A stretch of 63,994 nt of DNA, counting the filler, from Aduncisulcus paluster (taxonomy: Eukaryota), in the NCBI GenBank assembly GCA_024181965.1. It is 5 parts of 5 records of this genome, joined end to end, with 100 filler letters (N's around TTAATTAATTAA, not from the genome) between each part and the next. Parts side by side here need not be neighbours in the genome. Positions count along the whole stretch, not along the records: positions 32,126 to 53,295 come from BQXS01012490.1; positions 53,396 to 60,570 come from BQXS01012494.1; 3 more parts are not named here. One strand, given 5' to 3'. The position numbers and the translations under genes were made by a program. The stretch's first letter is position 1. Every line of letters starts with the position of its first letter. The notes under the pieces were generated by a model, which was not told the origin of the DNA, did no database searches, and saw only the letters and a list, made by a program, of their open reading frames with translations. Positions 44,140-53,710 of this stretch are shown here, piece by piece.

Positions 44140-45696
44140 TTATTTATTTTCACTGATCCGTTTACGATCCAGACTTTGCTCATCGAAACTATCTATACCT
44201 GCACTTCGCCTTTTACCTCCAGTTATTTCCTCTTGAGATGTCGAGGGATCTATTTTTTTTGACGGAATCGTCTCTTTTGGTTTTGGTGGAGAAAGCAATG
44301 ATAATCGAGTTGGCACTGCCACAACTCCTCCAAACGGTACTTTTCTTGCGAGAGCTCGTTCCATAACGTTTCTACAACTCTCTGATATGCATTTAGTCGA
44401 ACATTGACTGTTCATTCCGAATAACCAACACATACTTACAATTGAAGCTGGAGATCGATGAGAGTGCTCAGATCTGCATCCAGAGGATAAAATGATATGA
44501 GGATGTGAAAATAACGAGGAATGAAGGCTAAATAAAAGCCGGAAGAGAGCAGATCTATTTGAAAAAGATACTGTAAAATCACTAGTTGATGTTGTTGATA
44601 GGGATTCCCCTCCATCTGTAGTTGATGCTACGGCTTTCTTCTGTTTCTTTTTCTTCTTTGATATCTGCTCCTGAGAAATACCATCTTTTGGTCCCGATTT
44701 GGACGTTAATTCAACAATCTTATCACCGTCTAACTTTGCTTGCATCATCATGGCATCTCCAATAGCCCTCTTATCGGCTTCTGCACTATGGGAGTATTTT
44801 TTAGCCATTGTAAGATACTCATTGGTCTCTTTCTGCTGGAGATCTCTCACGGATCCAGAGAATGGCTTACCTGGGTGTCCTGAACCACAGCTTCCGCACG
44901 TTTCAGTGTAAAATTTGGTTCTCAAATGGCGTTTGAACTCACTGGTGCAGAGAGGTGAAGGAGATGGAGCTATCAAAGCAGATGAATATTGGACTTCGAT
45001 TGCCTGGCCCTGTTGAATAATCTTCCCAACCGTCCCCTTTTTGAGACGAAGATAGGAGAATACAGAGTAATCAATTGTTATGATATCGACAATATATGAG
45101 TTAATCGCATGCTTTAAATCCTCATCAGACCGTACAACGATGCTGACAAGGTCGAACTGACGCAAACCAGGATCAGCGAGAGGGAGAGGTTGGTTGGATC
45201 GACGTTGACGCTTTGGAATCCGAATAATATTTGGCGAAGATGATTCGCGATCTATTGTAATTCGTGATAATATGAGAAACTCCCTCTTCCTTCTCTCCTC
45301 ACCAAGAGCAGGATCATCAAGAGTAAATATCCCTTCTTGTTTGAAAAAAGAAAATGGAGCAAGGACTTCCTTGGCTAACTCGGCCGAAGGTTTATCATTA
45401 AAAGTAAAATTTATAGCAACTATTGAATATCCATCTGGAGTTCAGAAAGATGGGAATGTAATTTTGAAACAAATAAAGATATGGCAAAATGGCATCAAAA
45501 AAGATTTTATAAAACAAAAAATCAATGTAAAAAAGAATAGATTCAATGAGATATTGTTCAAAATAATCGAGGATTTCGATGAATAGCTGATTATTGGAGG
45601 TGATAATGGAAACATACCTAAAAAAGCTGTATGAAGTAATTTTTTCGCTTTATCAGTTTCTAAACGTGTACAATCAATACAAAAATCACAATACAT
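44140..45696 (-). CDS. RPP30: RNase P/MRP subunit p30 (Rpp1), two exons (45696-45618 and 45434-44140)
   Basis: A 183-nt intron 45435-45617 (GTATGT...TCCAG) yields MYCDF..LLHTAFL-D-GYSIVAIN..ILSRITI..FDLVSIV..VDIITID..EVQYS..IILSSG....RSPASIVSM..LFGM, the Rpp30 PHP-fold pattern. Confidence 0.82.
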
Positions 45697-45759
45697 GAAA
45701 TAAAGCGAATTAGATTGACAGGAAAAGCAAAAAATAAAATCAAGACATGGAACACCCAA

Positions 45760-46228
45760 TTATAAATCATGTTTTACTGGAATTTGCTTTGTATGTTCAT
45801 CACAATCACTCGTTAACTTATTTGCGGCATACTCACACCCACTAATCTCTGCTTTAGCAGTGTGAGCGGTTTCTTCAGCAGCTGATAATAAAGGTAATAA
45901 TTTGACCAATTCTTGATATTTGGGTCTATGTGTAATGGAAAAATAAACAATAAAAAATATGATATGTCAAAATATACCAATAGAAAACAAAGGTGTAATA
46001 GGGCTATCAAACATACGAACTCTTCATATATCTATCTTCCCAGCGCCTTTTTAGTTCAGATTCATCAATAATTGGCGGTAACATTTTAAATATTCTCTCT
46101 ATTTCACTATCTATTAATCCAGGAGCCTTTGACTCCTTTTCTATTTTTTTTTCACCGAGTTGGTACCCATCAATGAATAAAAATATATCTTTCATATTAT
46201 TTTCAATGCTTAATAACAATCTGTCCAT
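45760..46228 (-). CDS. Small helical protein (~125 aa), two exons (46228-46017 and 45925-45760); weakly Med21-like
   Basis: A 91-nt intron 45926-46016 (GTATGT...CATAG) extends the 73-aa track ORF in frame with PKYQELVKLLPLLSAAEETAHTAKAEISGCEYAANKLTSDCDEHTKQIPVKHDL*. Confidence 0.65.
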
Positions 46229-46337
46229 CTATATCATCACCAAAACCACGAAATGATATTTATTAAGTTAAGTTATCATCCTATTATACACCTATATATT
46301 GAATTTTTAAAGTAATAGGAAATAGAATTAATACGAA

Positions 46338-47012
46338 TTATTCGGATCTGTATCTTTCAATTAATTCTTTCATGGGGGCCAACTCACGTTCTTGAATCAA
46401 TTGGAACTCATCAGCGAAGAATATGAAGTGTTTGAAGCATGTATTCAAGTGAGCCTGTTCACCTTGTTCAACAATAACTTGGAAATGAGCGAAATAAATG
46501 TGGGCATAAACACGAAACATCCTCTTGAAAATATTTCTGACTATCTCTCGGAAATTTGATGGGAATGGGGCACCCCACTTGTGAGGGAAAATCGTTGTGT
46601 CAGATATCTGCTTTTCAACCCAAGCCATAAGATATGTAATGTAATCAGGGGCAGAAACACGGATAGGAGTTTTGATCTTCTCACCATCAGCCCAAAGGTA
46701 CTCGTACTTCGGTCCAGCATTCATCACGGGACAAGAAGCCTTTGTGCATACCTCAGAAACAGTACAATAGAGCATATTAATGGCATTATAAAAATCAACA
46801 GTGTTTGAAGCTAACCACTCAAACAGGTCTTCTCCTTCGGGAAGCTTCACAGCTTCTTTCAGATTACCGGTACCTAAAGTGGCATGAGCATACGTTTCAA
46901 GTTCTTTCTTTGTCCTTCCAGTACGTTCAGATCCTCTCTTCTTCAGTAGTGTGACAGTGGTTGGATCTGCGGATTTTTTAAGTTTTTTTGCTAAAATAGT
47001 TTCCATTTGCAT
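46338..47012 (-). CDS. MOB1: MOB kinase activator (Mob1 family)
   Basis: ATLGTGNLKEAVKLPEGEDLFEWLASNTVDFYN, CPVMNAGPKYEYLWADG, IFKRMFRVYAHIYFAHF, HLNTCFKHF. Confidence 0.96.
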   Translation of the reverse strand: MQMETILAKKLKKSADPTTVTLLKKRGSERTGRTKKELETYAHATLGTGNLKEAVKLPEGEDLFEWLASNTVDFYNAINMLYCTVSEVCTKASCPVMNAGPKYEYLWADGEKIKTPIRVSAPDYITYLMAWVEKQISDTTIFPHKWGAPFPSNFREIVRNIFKRMFRVYAHIYFAHFQVIVEQGEQAHLNTCFKHFIFFADEFQLIQERELAPMKELIERYRSE

Positions 47013-47466
47013 TGTTTAACAGTTATTTAAGGAATTATCAATTGGAATGTTCTCCAAACAATGAAAGTCATCGATCTCAATGGGATTCATTTTAATCCAC
47101 AAAATAATAGGAATATTAAAGAGTATATTCTTGATATATGACGATACGTGTATTTATTTTACAATTCTATATGTAGATATCATGCTAGAATTATCAGCCG
47201 CTACAAAGTGTCATACGATCTAAAATACTAGAATATATTCTAAAGAATAAATTAAGCACAAATATTTCACATTAATATCTCTGAACCAGTTGAATTCAAG
47301 AAGATAACAAAAATCTCACAAAATCGAGTAATGCATGGGAAATATTTATTATATACTCCACTTTCAATATATTTGATATTCTATATGAATTCTATTGGTT
47401 TGAAAGGAATAAAAAGCAAGGAGTTCCATTTTCGATAACAAGTATGAGATATAATAAGCAAAAATC

Positions 47467-48084
47467 TCAATCCTGACGCATCTTAAGATCAAATTTCTCA
47501 ACACCTTCTGGAGTGATAAGATAGGCAACTCCACCCCACCCAGAAAAGGCGTCTCTATTAACACCAGCTTGAAGACATTTATCAGCGACCTTCAAGAGTT
47601 GTCTTGGTTCCATATCTTTTTCCCAGTACTTTTCACAGGCACCTGTAACATAATCAGCACCGGTACCAGCTACGACAAAATCTTCAGGCTCAGTGGTGGC
47701 TCCAATAGAGTCCATTGAAGAAATGAAAGGAGATCCATCATCGTGAAGACCAGCAATTATAGGTTGGGCAAAAAATGACCCAAATCTTTTTTCATATAAT
47801 GTGGTACTAACAAGCTTTGAGAAAACATGGGGTGGCATAGATCTTTCTTGTTTGAGTTGGAATAGGTTTACATGGAATCGAAGTTTATGATGAAGAGTAA
47901 TAACGTCAGATGCGAGACCAGCTAAACCGAAAAAAACTCTTGGATTCATCTTAAATATTTTTGGGAATGATGTCGACACGGTTTCATATTGAGATCCGAG
48001 TCTAGTGTCACATAGAATGACAACACAGTTTTTTCCTTTCATGCTTAAAACAGTTCCTCCATTAAGAGTGAAGGGATTTGACAT
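47467..48084 (-). CDS. PSMB3: 20S proteasome subunit beta-3
   Basis: NGGTVLSMKGKNCV..DTRLG, GLAGLASDV, LYEKRFG, DFVVAGT, RDAFSGWGG, C-terminal LKMRQD; 205 aa. Confidence 0.96.
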   Translation of the reverse strand: MSNPFTLNGGTVLSMKGKNCVVILCDTRLGSQYETVSTSFPKIFKMNPRVFFGLAGLASDVITLHHKLRFHVNLFQLKQERSMPPHVFSKLVSTTLYEKRFGSFFAQPIIAGLHDDGSPFISSMDSIGATTEPEDFVVAGTGADYVTGACEKYWEKDMEPRQLLKVADKCLQAGVNRDAFSGWGGVAYLITPEGVEKFDLKMRQD

Positions 48085-48354
48085 TATTTTCTTGTTAGTT
48101 GGGTTATTCGATCAAAACAACAAATCAATACTTGAATTTTACCAGCGCTCAAAATATTTTTCAGATCCCATTCCATATTATAAATTGAATGAATAAAAAT
48201 TCAAACAGTTTTTTTTATTCAGAATGTTGCTTCCTCGCTGTCAAAGCATCCCAAAATGATTCATCCTTAAAACAGATGAATAGAACAAAATCAGAAAGGT
48301 AAAGCATGTTATATATGCCAGTTTCATAAGTTTTTAAGCAGGATATAGCCTTTT

Positions 48355-51300
48355 ATGTCCTCAATATCCCACGGCTGCATTTTTCTCGACAACATGTCAA
48401 GTAGAGAGGCTTCTGTCTCTTTCGTTGCAACAGCAGAATTTAATCATGATGTAGGAAATACATTGTCCCATATTTATCCTTCAGATACAGTACTTCCAGC
48501 TGGATATGACCAAGAGTCGATTGCAGCCAGATGCTTACCAGCAGGAGCTCATTTACGTGATAGGGACAATACAATTTTAATATTACATCCCATATCCGCC
48601 CCTCATCCTCCTAAAATCACTCAAGATGACTATGAAGGATGTATTTATGGAATATCTTGTTTTGAAAACAGAAAAAACGAACATTTTCATCGTGGAGCTT
48701 GTCAAAAAGCTCTTGTATTATTTTCCAAAGCTCCTCTTATTGCAGTTTTCAAGCCGTTCATTCATTGTGCCCTTACCAAACTTCTCGATAGTGCAGAAGA
48801 AGAAGCCGTGCAAGCTGGGACAAAAGGATCAGAAAAGGAGAGTAAGGTTGATTATCCGTGTGCTAAAACCTGTAATAATATTCTACGACAACTCTATGAA
48901 GCCATCCACTTCGGGAATTCTCTTCCAGGACAATCTGCGTTTCAGGTGAAATTATTTGGCCGACCATTATTGTTGCCTGTCCCTCCTGCCTTTCCAAGCA
49001 TATATTCCGAAAGTTCTGTTTGGAATCTTGTGAGGACCTTTGGTAGTGACATTATGATAGCCTGGGCTGCTGTCCTTTCTGGCAAAAGGATATGTGTAGT
49101 TGCCACCCTTGCAGCTGCGAGTATTGTGTGTGACATTGTTCTTGCTCTCCCTCTTCTTGTATCTCCTCTAGCTTTCCCGGCCTCAAGATGCACTCCTTAC
49201 TTTGATATTGCCACCTCTGAATCTCTTAGAGGCATTCCTGGTCTCATATGTGGGTGTACAAACCCTTTATTCAAGGATCATAGGAGTAAGTTCGCTGATT
49301 TAATTATTGATGTTGATAACAAGCAAATGAATATGCGTGGAGATTGGTACAGTTCAAATTCCAAGGATAAACAGTTCTTTTCAGCGATATTCAAGAAGAA
49401 ACGCGAGGAAAAATGGGTTAGAAAGCAATTTGAGTTGTACACATTTGCCTTTTTGAAGAATCTCTTCAGAGAGGATATATCAGCCGTACCCTCTGGATCC
49501 ACTGGTGATAAATCCAATCCAAAGAATGCAAAGAAGTCAAAGAAAGATGATACGATTGGATCTCCATCCTCCTCCTCTGGAGTTGATCATCTTCGAGGTA
49601 TCTCAGCGACATCGAATGAGTCGTCTCTCTCCCGTCAGTCATCGGGGAATATCTTCCATTCTCCACATTCATCCGGCACAACAACCCGCAAACGTGCAGG
49701 AGTGAAGGAGTCAAATGATGAAACTCTATCGTTGTTGGCTGAAGAAGATGACGAAGATGAGGATGATATTCAAAGTGAAGGACCCATTTCTAGCGGTGAA
49801 TTGGCATTATCGTCCGAGTATTCATCCCCTAAAAAGAAGAATGGTGGAAGAAAGAGGAGCTCATCACTCCTTGAGGTTGTTCAGCGTGATCAACAGGGTA
49901 TCCATACTCATAGTAAGTTATCAACTCAACCCGCTTCCTTTTTGAACGATGAAGAGTCTGAGATAGATGAGGAAGAGGATGCTGGAACAAACGCTGCCAC
50001 CCCTCTCACCCCTTCGGCAGCTGTTCATTCCCCTCGTGTCAAATCCAAGGCATCCGTGTCAAGTCCTTCGGGAAAACATATAGCACCTGTTAGCTTACCA
50101 ACTTTCTCAACCTCTGAAGATGACTCTGTTCTCACCAATCCACCTGATGGGGTGTTTGAAGGAGCTTTTCCAACATCGAGGGAAGCTTCATTCGGGGAGG
50201 CTGGATCTTCCCCTGTGCTGACGAGATCTCCTTTCCCGACTTCACCCTTTCCTCGGTCTGGAACTGCGATGCTCCACTCATCACCGTCTAAAAGCGATAT
50301 TGGATCATCACTCGGCTCTCCATATATTGATATTCCTGAACTCCCTGACTCCTTCTCTGCTTCGCTCGCCATTCCCACTTCTCCAATCACAAGCAAATTT
50401 GAGGAAGCTGAAGAAGCCATGGCGACACTCTATGCCGCCAAACTTCTCACTAGGGCTGACGGAGATGTACCTGAGTCAGCTCTTCCGGATCACTTAGGAA
50501 AGAAACACAGATCTCTTGTTCCTCTTGTCCGTCGATGCATCTCTTTCCACACATTCACGACTTCTGACCTTGGATCAAAGACCCGTCTGCTTGTGAAGGA
50601 GGAAGAGAAGGGTCTTCAACATGCCATCACTGAAAGCAACGATGCACCATTGCTTGTGGATGCTCTGTATGCCTTCGCTGACCCCTGGGGTGTCCTTACT
50701 TCCAACAAGGAGAATGTCCATGTCGCTGTCCAATTATCGAGACTGGGCATCAGCCAATGTTCTGTCATTTCATTCAAACTTGTTCAAGAACTCAAGAAAG
50801 CATCCTTATCTGTTCTATCTGAGTGTGTAAGACTTGGAATTCTCCCGATATTATCCTCTCTGTTGACGACTACCACAAGTAACTCTATTGTAAAATACGC
50901 TGCACAATGTTTATGTGTGTTCTTCATGCGTTTTATCCCGTTTTCACAGCTCCCATATGCTTGTTCCGATTGGAGTAAGATCGGTGTCAATCTAAATATG
51001 GAAACCAGTCCAATTGCTCTCGCAACTGAGGAAGCCTATGCCAATGGAGAATTTGTTGATGTTGTTCGCGAATGTCGTGAGCTTGACATAATCGGAATAT
51101 GTAACAAGGTCTTGCTTACGAATGTCTCATACGAATCCACGAAGGCCTCTGTATGCTGCCTCCTGTTTTTTATGATTAGACATCCTTTGCTTGCTCCGAC
51201 AATGCCTTCGCCTGGTGAGGATTCAGTGTCAAGTACTCTAGTTGGTGCAGGCGGCGCAGCATCTTCTTCATCGTCAATGGTGACAAACGAACTTGTTCCT

Positions 51301-53292
51301 CTTGTTAGAAGCCTGAGTATCGGTGTAGATGACCTCGAAGAATGTGTGGAGCTGTTTGAAAATGTTCTTGATCAATCTGAGAAACTTCTCGAGGATCCAA
51401 GTTCTGCCATGTATTCTGACGTGAGTTCTATTCGTTTCCTATTTGAACAAGTCCTCAAACAGGTCCAATTCAAGAGTTTATCAATCAAATCTGCCATATC
51501 TTCTACGAAAACAGTTGAACAATCGATTCCAACTCAATCCACCCCCAGTGTAAATTCTAGCAGTTCTTCTTCATCTTCTTCTTCAACGGCCTCAATCTCT
51601 TATTCCAATCCTCCTAATAATACAACGTCTCTTCCCCAAGATGGTCAACTTGTTGCTAAGACCCCCCATCAAGGAGGAGACATCGACAAGGGTGAAGATG
51701 ACGAGGAGGATGAAGAGGTCTATCTTATTGATGTTCCTCACACATACTCTTCTGTGCCCCTTGTCAATACCATAATACACACCATCACGTCTGCCATTGA
51801 CTTCTTTTGTATCGGAAGTGCTTCTGCATTGTTATATAGATGCCTGTGCATCCTTGGATCTGAGTGTCTGACCGAGAAAGGGAAGACAACGATCAAGACA
51901 TTCTCCAGTCAGCGAATTGACCAGGGCGATTCACTGCTCAGTGCAGCCAGTGTTGCTCTCCTCGATTTCATTGATGTCAAGACTCTGTGTTCTGTCCTAC
52001 CAACAATGAAAGGAAGGATGGGATCACTCTCTTCACTTGTGAGGCTATCACAGGGTATCTTTTCCACCTCTAAGAGGACTCAGCGAGCTATTCTTTCGTC
52101 ATCTTCATCTCTCTCATCTCTTGCCAGTTCTCCAAAGCCTCTCGTTGAACTCAAACTTGCCCAAGTTTGTGACGCTTCTCACTCCCTCATCGATGTGAAG
52201 TATTCATCAAGCAAGAAGGACAAATCCAATCAATTGTGTGGGTATTTGTCCAATTGGTTTGAGTACCATCTCTTGAATGAGCTCGGATGTTCCCTAAGTG
52301 CGCTCCTCGTATGTGTTGGATCTGAGTCCCAGAGAGGTCATTTGTTCCCATCAAAGATATATCTCGGGAAGAGTGTTTGCATTGGTGATTTGCTTCAATC
52401 TATCAATATTAAGACCAAGGAACAACAATCTAATAGAGGAAAAGAAAAGGGAAGGCTCTCCTTGACTGTTGCTGTTGCTTTCAAACTCCTATCCTCTCTC
52501 TTGCTGTCTCACACAGGAGCCATTGCCCTCTCTCGGTTCTCTCTGACCCCTATTGTAACCACAGCTCTGTTCTTGTTAACACTGAAGGAAGGAACAGAGC
52601 AAGAAATGCTGGACGTGTCGGATATTGCTGATGTTGCCTCATTGTTTTTGTGCCGTCTGTGCACTTTTAAGGAGACAAGTAGGTTTGTGTCGCCCGTTTT
52701 GTCCCACATTTCCCGTGTTGCCAGCCATTGTTCCTCTGTTGCTATTAAACTCAGTACAATTCGATACAAACGAAAGAAAGAGAGAGAAAAAGATAGGAAA
52801 AAACTTTCTCAACGTGAGCTAACTTTGGATACAAAGATGCTCAAGAGTATTTCAAAATGGAAAAAGGCCTGTGTTTGTCTTCTTCGTGCCTGTTTATTCA
52901 TTTTCAATGGATGGTGGTGTGAAATTCATAAATATGATAATTTGACAAGCACTTTGTTCTGTCTTCAGCAAATTGATACAAAATATGAAGAAATACGTCT
53001 TCTAGTGAATGAACTTGTAGCCGTGTGCACTTCTGTGATTGACCGCATTGAAGAGAAGAAACCTTCTGATTCATCTGAAGACAATGGTGGATTTCAATCT
53101 CCCTCTGACAACGTTGAGGATAGGGATGGACAACCTGGAGATAAGGATATGGTTGTTGGAAGGAATGAAGAGCCTCGGGAAGTTGTTGAAGCTGCGATGC
53201 ATGATGATTCTGGTGAGGATGAGACGTTCTTCTCACCCTCTTCACCCACTTCTGTTCTTGGGGCTGCTCTCTCCTTGCAAGATGATGATTGA
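48355..53292 (+). CDS. Afi1/MesA-like (uDENN + SPA) protein with an acidic/Ser-rich linker and C-terminal ARM-like helices
   Basis: AEFNHDVGNTLSHIYP..CLPAGAHLRDRD..RGACQKAL..FKPFIHCAL (Afi1/uDENN-like) and VLSGKRICVV..VLAL..PYFDI..PGLICGCTNPLF..DLIIDVD (SPA/cDENN-like). Confidence 0.75.
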   Translation: MSSISHGCIFLDNMSSREASVSFVATAEFNHDVGNTLSHIYPSDTVLPAGYDQESIAARCLPAGAHLRDRDNTILILHPISAPHPPKITQDDYEGCIYGISCFENRKNEHFHRGACQKALVLFSKAPLIAVFKPFIHCALTKLLDSAEEEAVQAGTKGSEKESKVDYPCAKTCNNILRQLYEAIHFGNSLPGQSAFQVKLFGRPLLLPVPPAFPSIYSESSVWNLVRTFGSDIMIAWAAVLSGKRICVVATLAAASIVCDIVLALPLLVSPLAFPASRCTPYFDIATSESLRGIPGLICGCTNPLFKDHRSKFADLIIDVDNKQMNMRGDWYSSNSKDKQFFSAIFKKKREEKWVRKQFELYTFAFLKNLFREDISAVPSGSTGDKSNPKNAKKSKKDDTIGSPSSSSGVDHLRGISATSNESSLSRQSSGNIFHSPHSSGTTTRKRAGVKESNDETLSLLAEEDDEDEDDIQSEGPISSGELALSSEYSSPKKKNGGRKRSSSLLEVVQRDQQGIHTHSKLSTQPASFLNDEESEIDEEEDAGTNAATPLTPSAAVHSPRVKSKASVSSPSGKHIAPVSLPTFSTSEDDSVLTNPPDGVFEGAFPTSREASFGEAGSSPVLTRSPFPTSPFPRSGTAMLHSSPSKSDIGSSLGSPYIDIPELPDSFSASLAIPTSPITSKFEEAEEAMATLYAAKLLTRADGDVPESALPDHLGKKHRSLVPLVRRCISFHTFTTSDLGSKTRLLVKEEEKGLQHAITESNDAPLLVDALYAFADPWGVLTSNKENVHVAVQLSRLGISQCSVISFKLVQELKKASLSVLSECVRLGILPILSSLLTTTTSNSIVKYAAQCLCVFFMRFIPFSQLPYACSDWSKIGVNLNMETSPIALATEEAYANGEFVDVVRECRELDIIGICNKVLLTNVSYESTKASVCCLLFFMIRHPLLAPTMPSPGEDSVSSTLVGAGGAASSSSSMVTNELVPLVRSLSIGVDDLEECVELFENVLDQSEKLLEDPSSAMYSDVSSIRFLFEQVLKQVQFKSLSIKSAISSTKTVEQSIPTQSTPSVNSSSSSSSSSSTASISYSNPPNNTTSLPQDGQLVAKTPHQGGDIDKGEDDEEDEEVYLIDVPHTYSSVPLVNTIIHTITSAIDFFCIGSASALLYRCLCILGSECLTEKGKTTIKTFSSQRIDQGDSLLSAASVALLDFIDVKTLCSVLPTMKGRMGSLSSLVRLSQGIFSTSKRTQRAILSSSSSLSSLASSPKPLVELKLAQVCDASHSLIDVKYSSSKKDKSNQLCGYLSNWFEYHLLNELGCSLSALLVCVGSESQRGHLFPSKIYLGKSVCIGDLLQSINIKTKEQQSNRGKEKGRLSLTVAVAFKLLSSLLLSHTGAIALSRFSLTPIVTTALFLLTLKEGTEQEMLDVSDIADVASLFLCRLCTFKETSRFVSPVLSHISRVASHCSSVAIKLSTIRYKRKKEREKDRKKLSQRELTLDTKMLKSISKWKKACVCLLRACLFIFNGWWCEIHKYDNLTSTLFCLQQIDTKYEEIRLLVNELVAVCTSVIDRIEEKKPSDSSEDNGGFQSPSDNVEDRDGQPGDKDMVVGRNEEPREVVEAAMHDDSGEDETFFSPSSPTSVLGAALSLQDDD

Positions 53293-53710
53293 TACNNNNN
53301 NNNNNNNNNNNNNNNNNNNNNNNNNNNNNNNNNNNNNNNTTAATTAATTAANNNNNNNNNNNNNNNNNNNNNNNNNNNNNNNNNNNNNNNNNNNNTGTTT
53401 TGTTCTTTCTGTGTGGGTAGAATTTTTTTTGAATGTCAAAAAATTCTGTTTTCTCACCACATTATTGTTATATCCATATATACCTTTCTCTCGTATTCCC
53501 AACAAAATTCATTTCCTTTTAGCATCATTATTCGATTATTTTATCTCAATTCGAGGGATATTTTATCGAATAGCTTCGGTAATTTTAACTTTCTTTTCTA
53601 TTTGTTGGAATTCATTAGTTCTTGCTTTTTCTTCTAAATTGATCTCGCTACCATCCTTTTTCAGTTATATTTCTAAGTTTTTGACAACATTAATACCATC
53701 TAATAATAAG

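Noticed and set aside
45826..45870. Hairpin CTCACAC...GTGTGAG with a U6-like GCAGAGATTAG on the minus strand
   Set aside because: It lies within exon 2 of the spliced 45760-46228 gene and lacks the ACAGAGA box and U6 ISL context.
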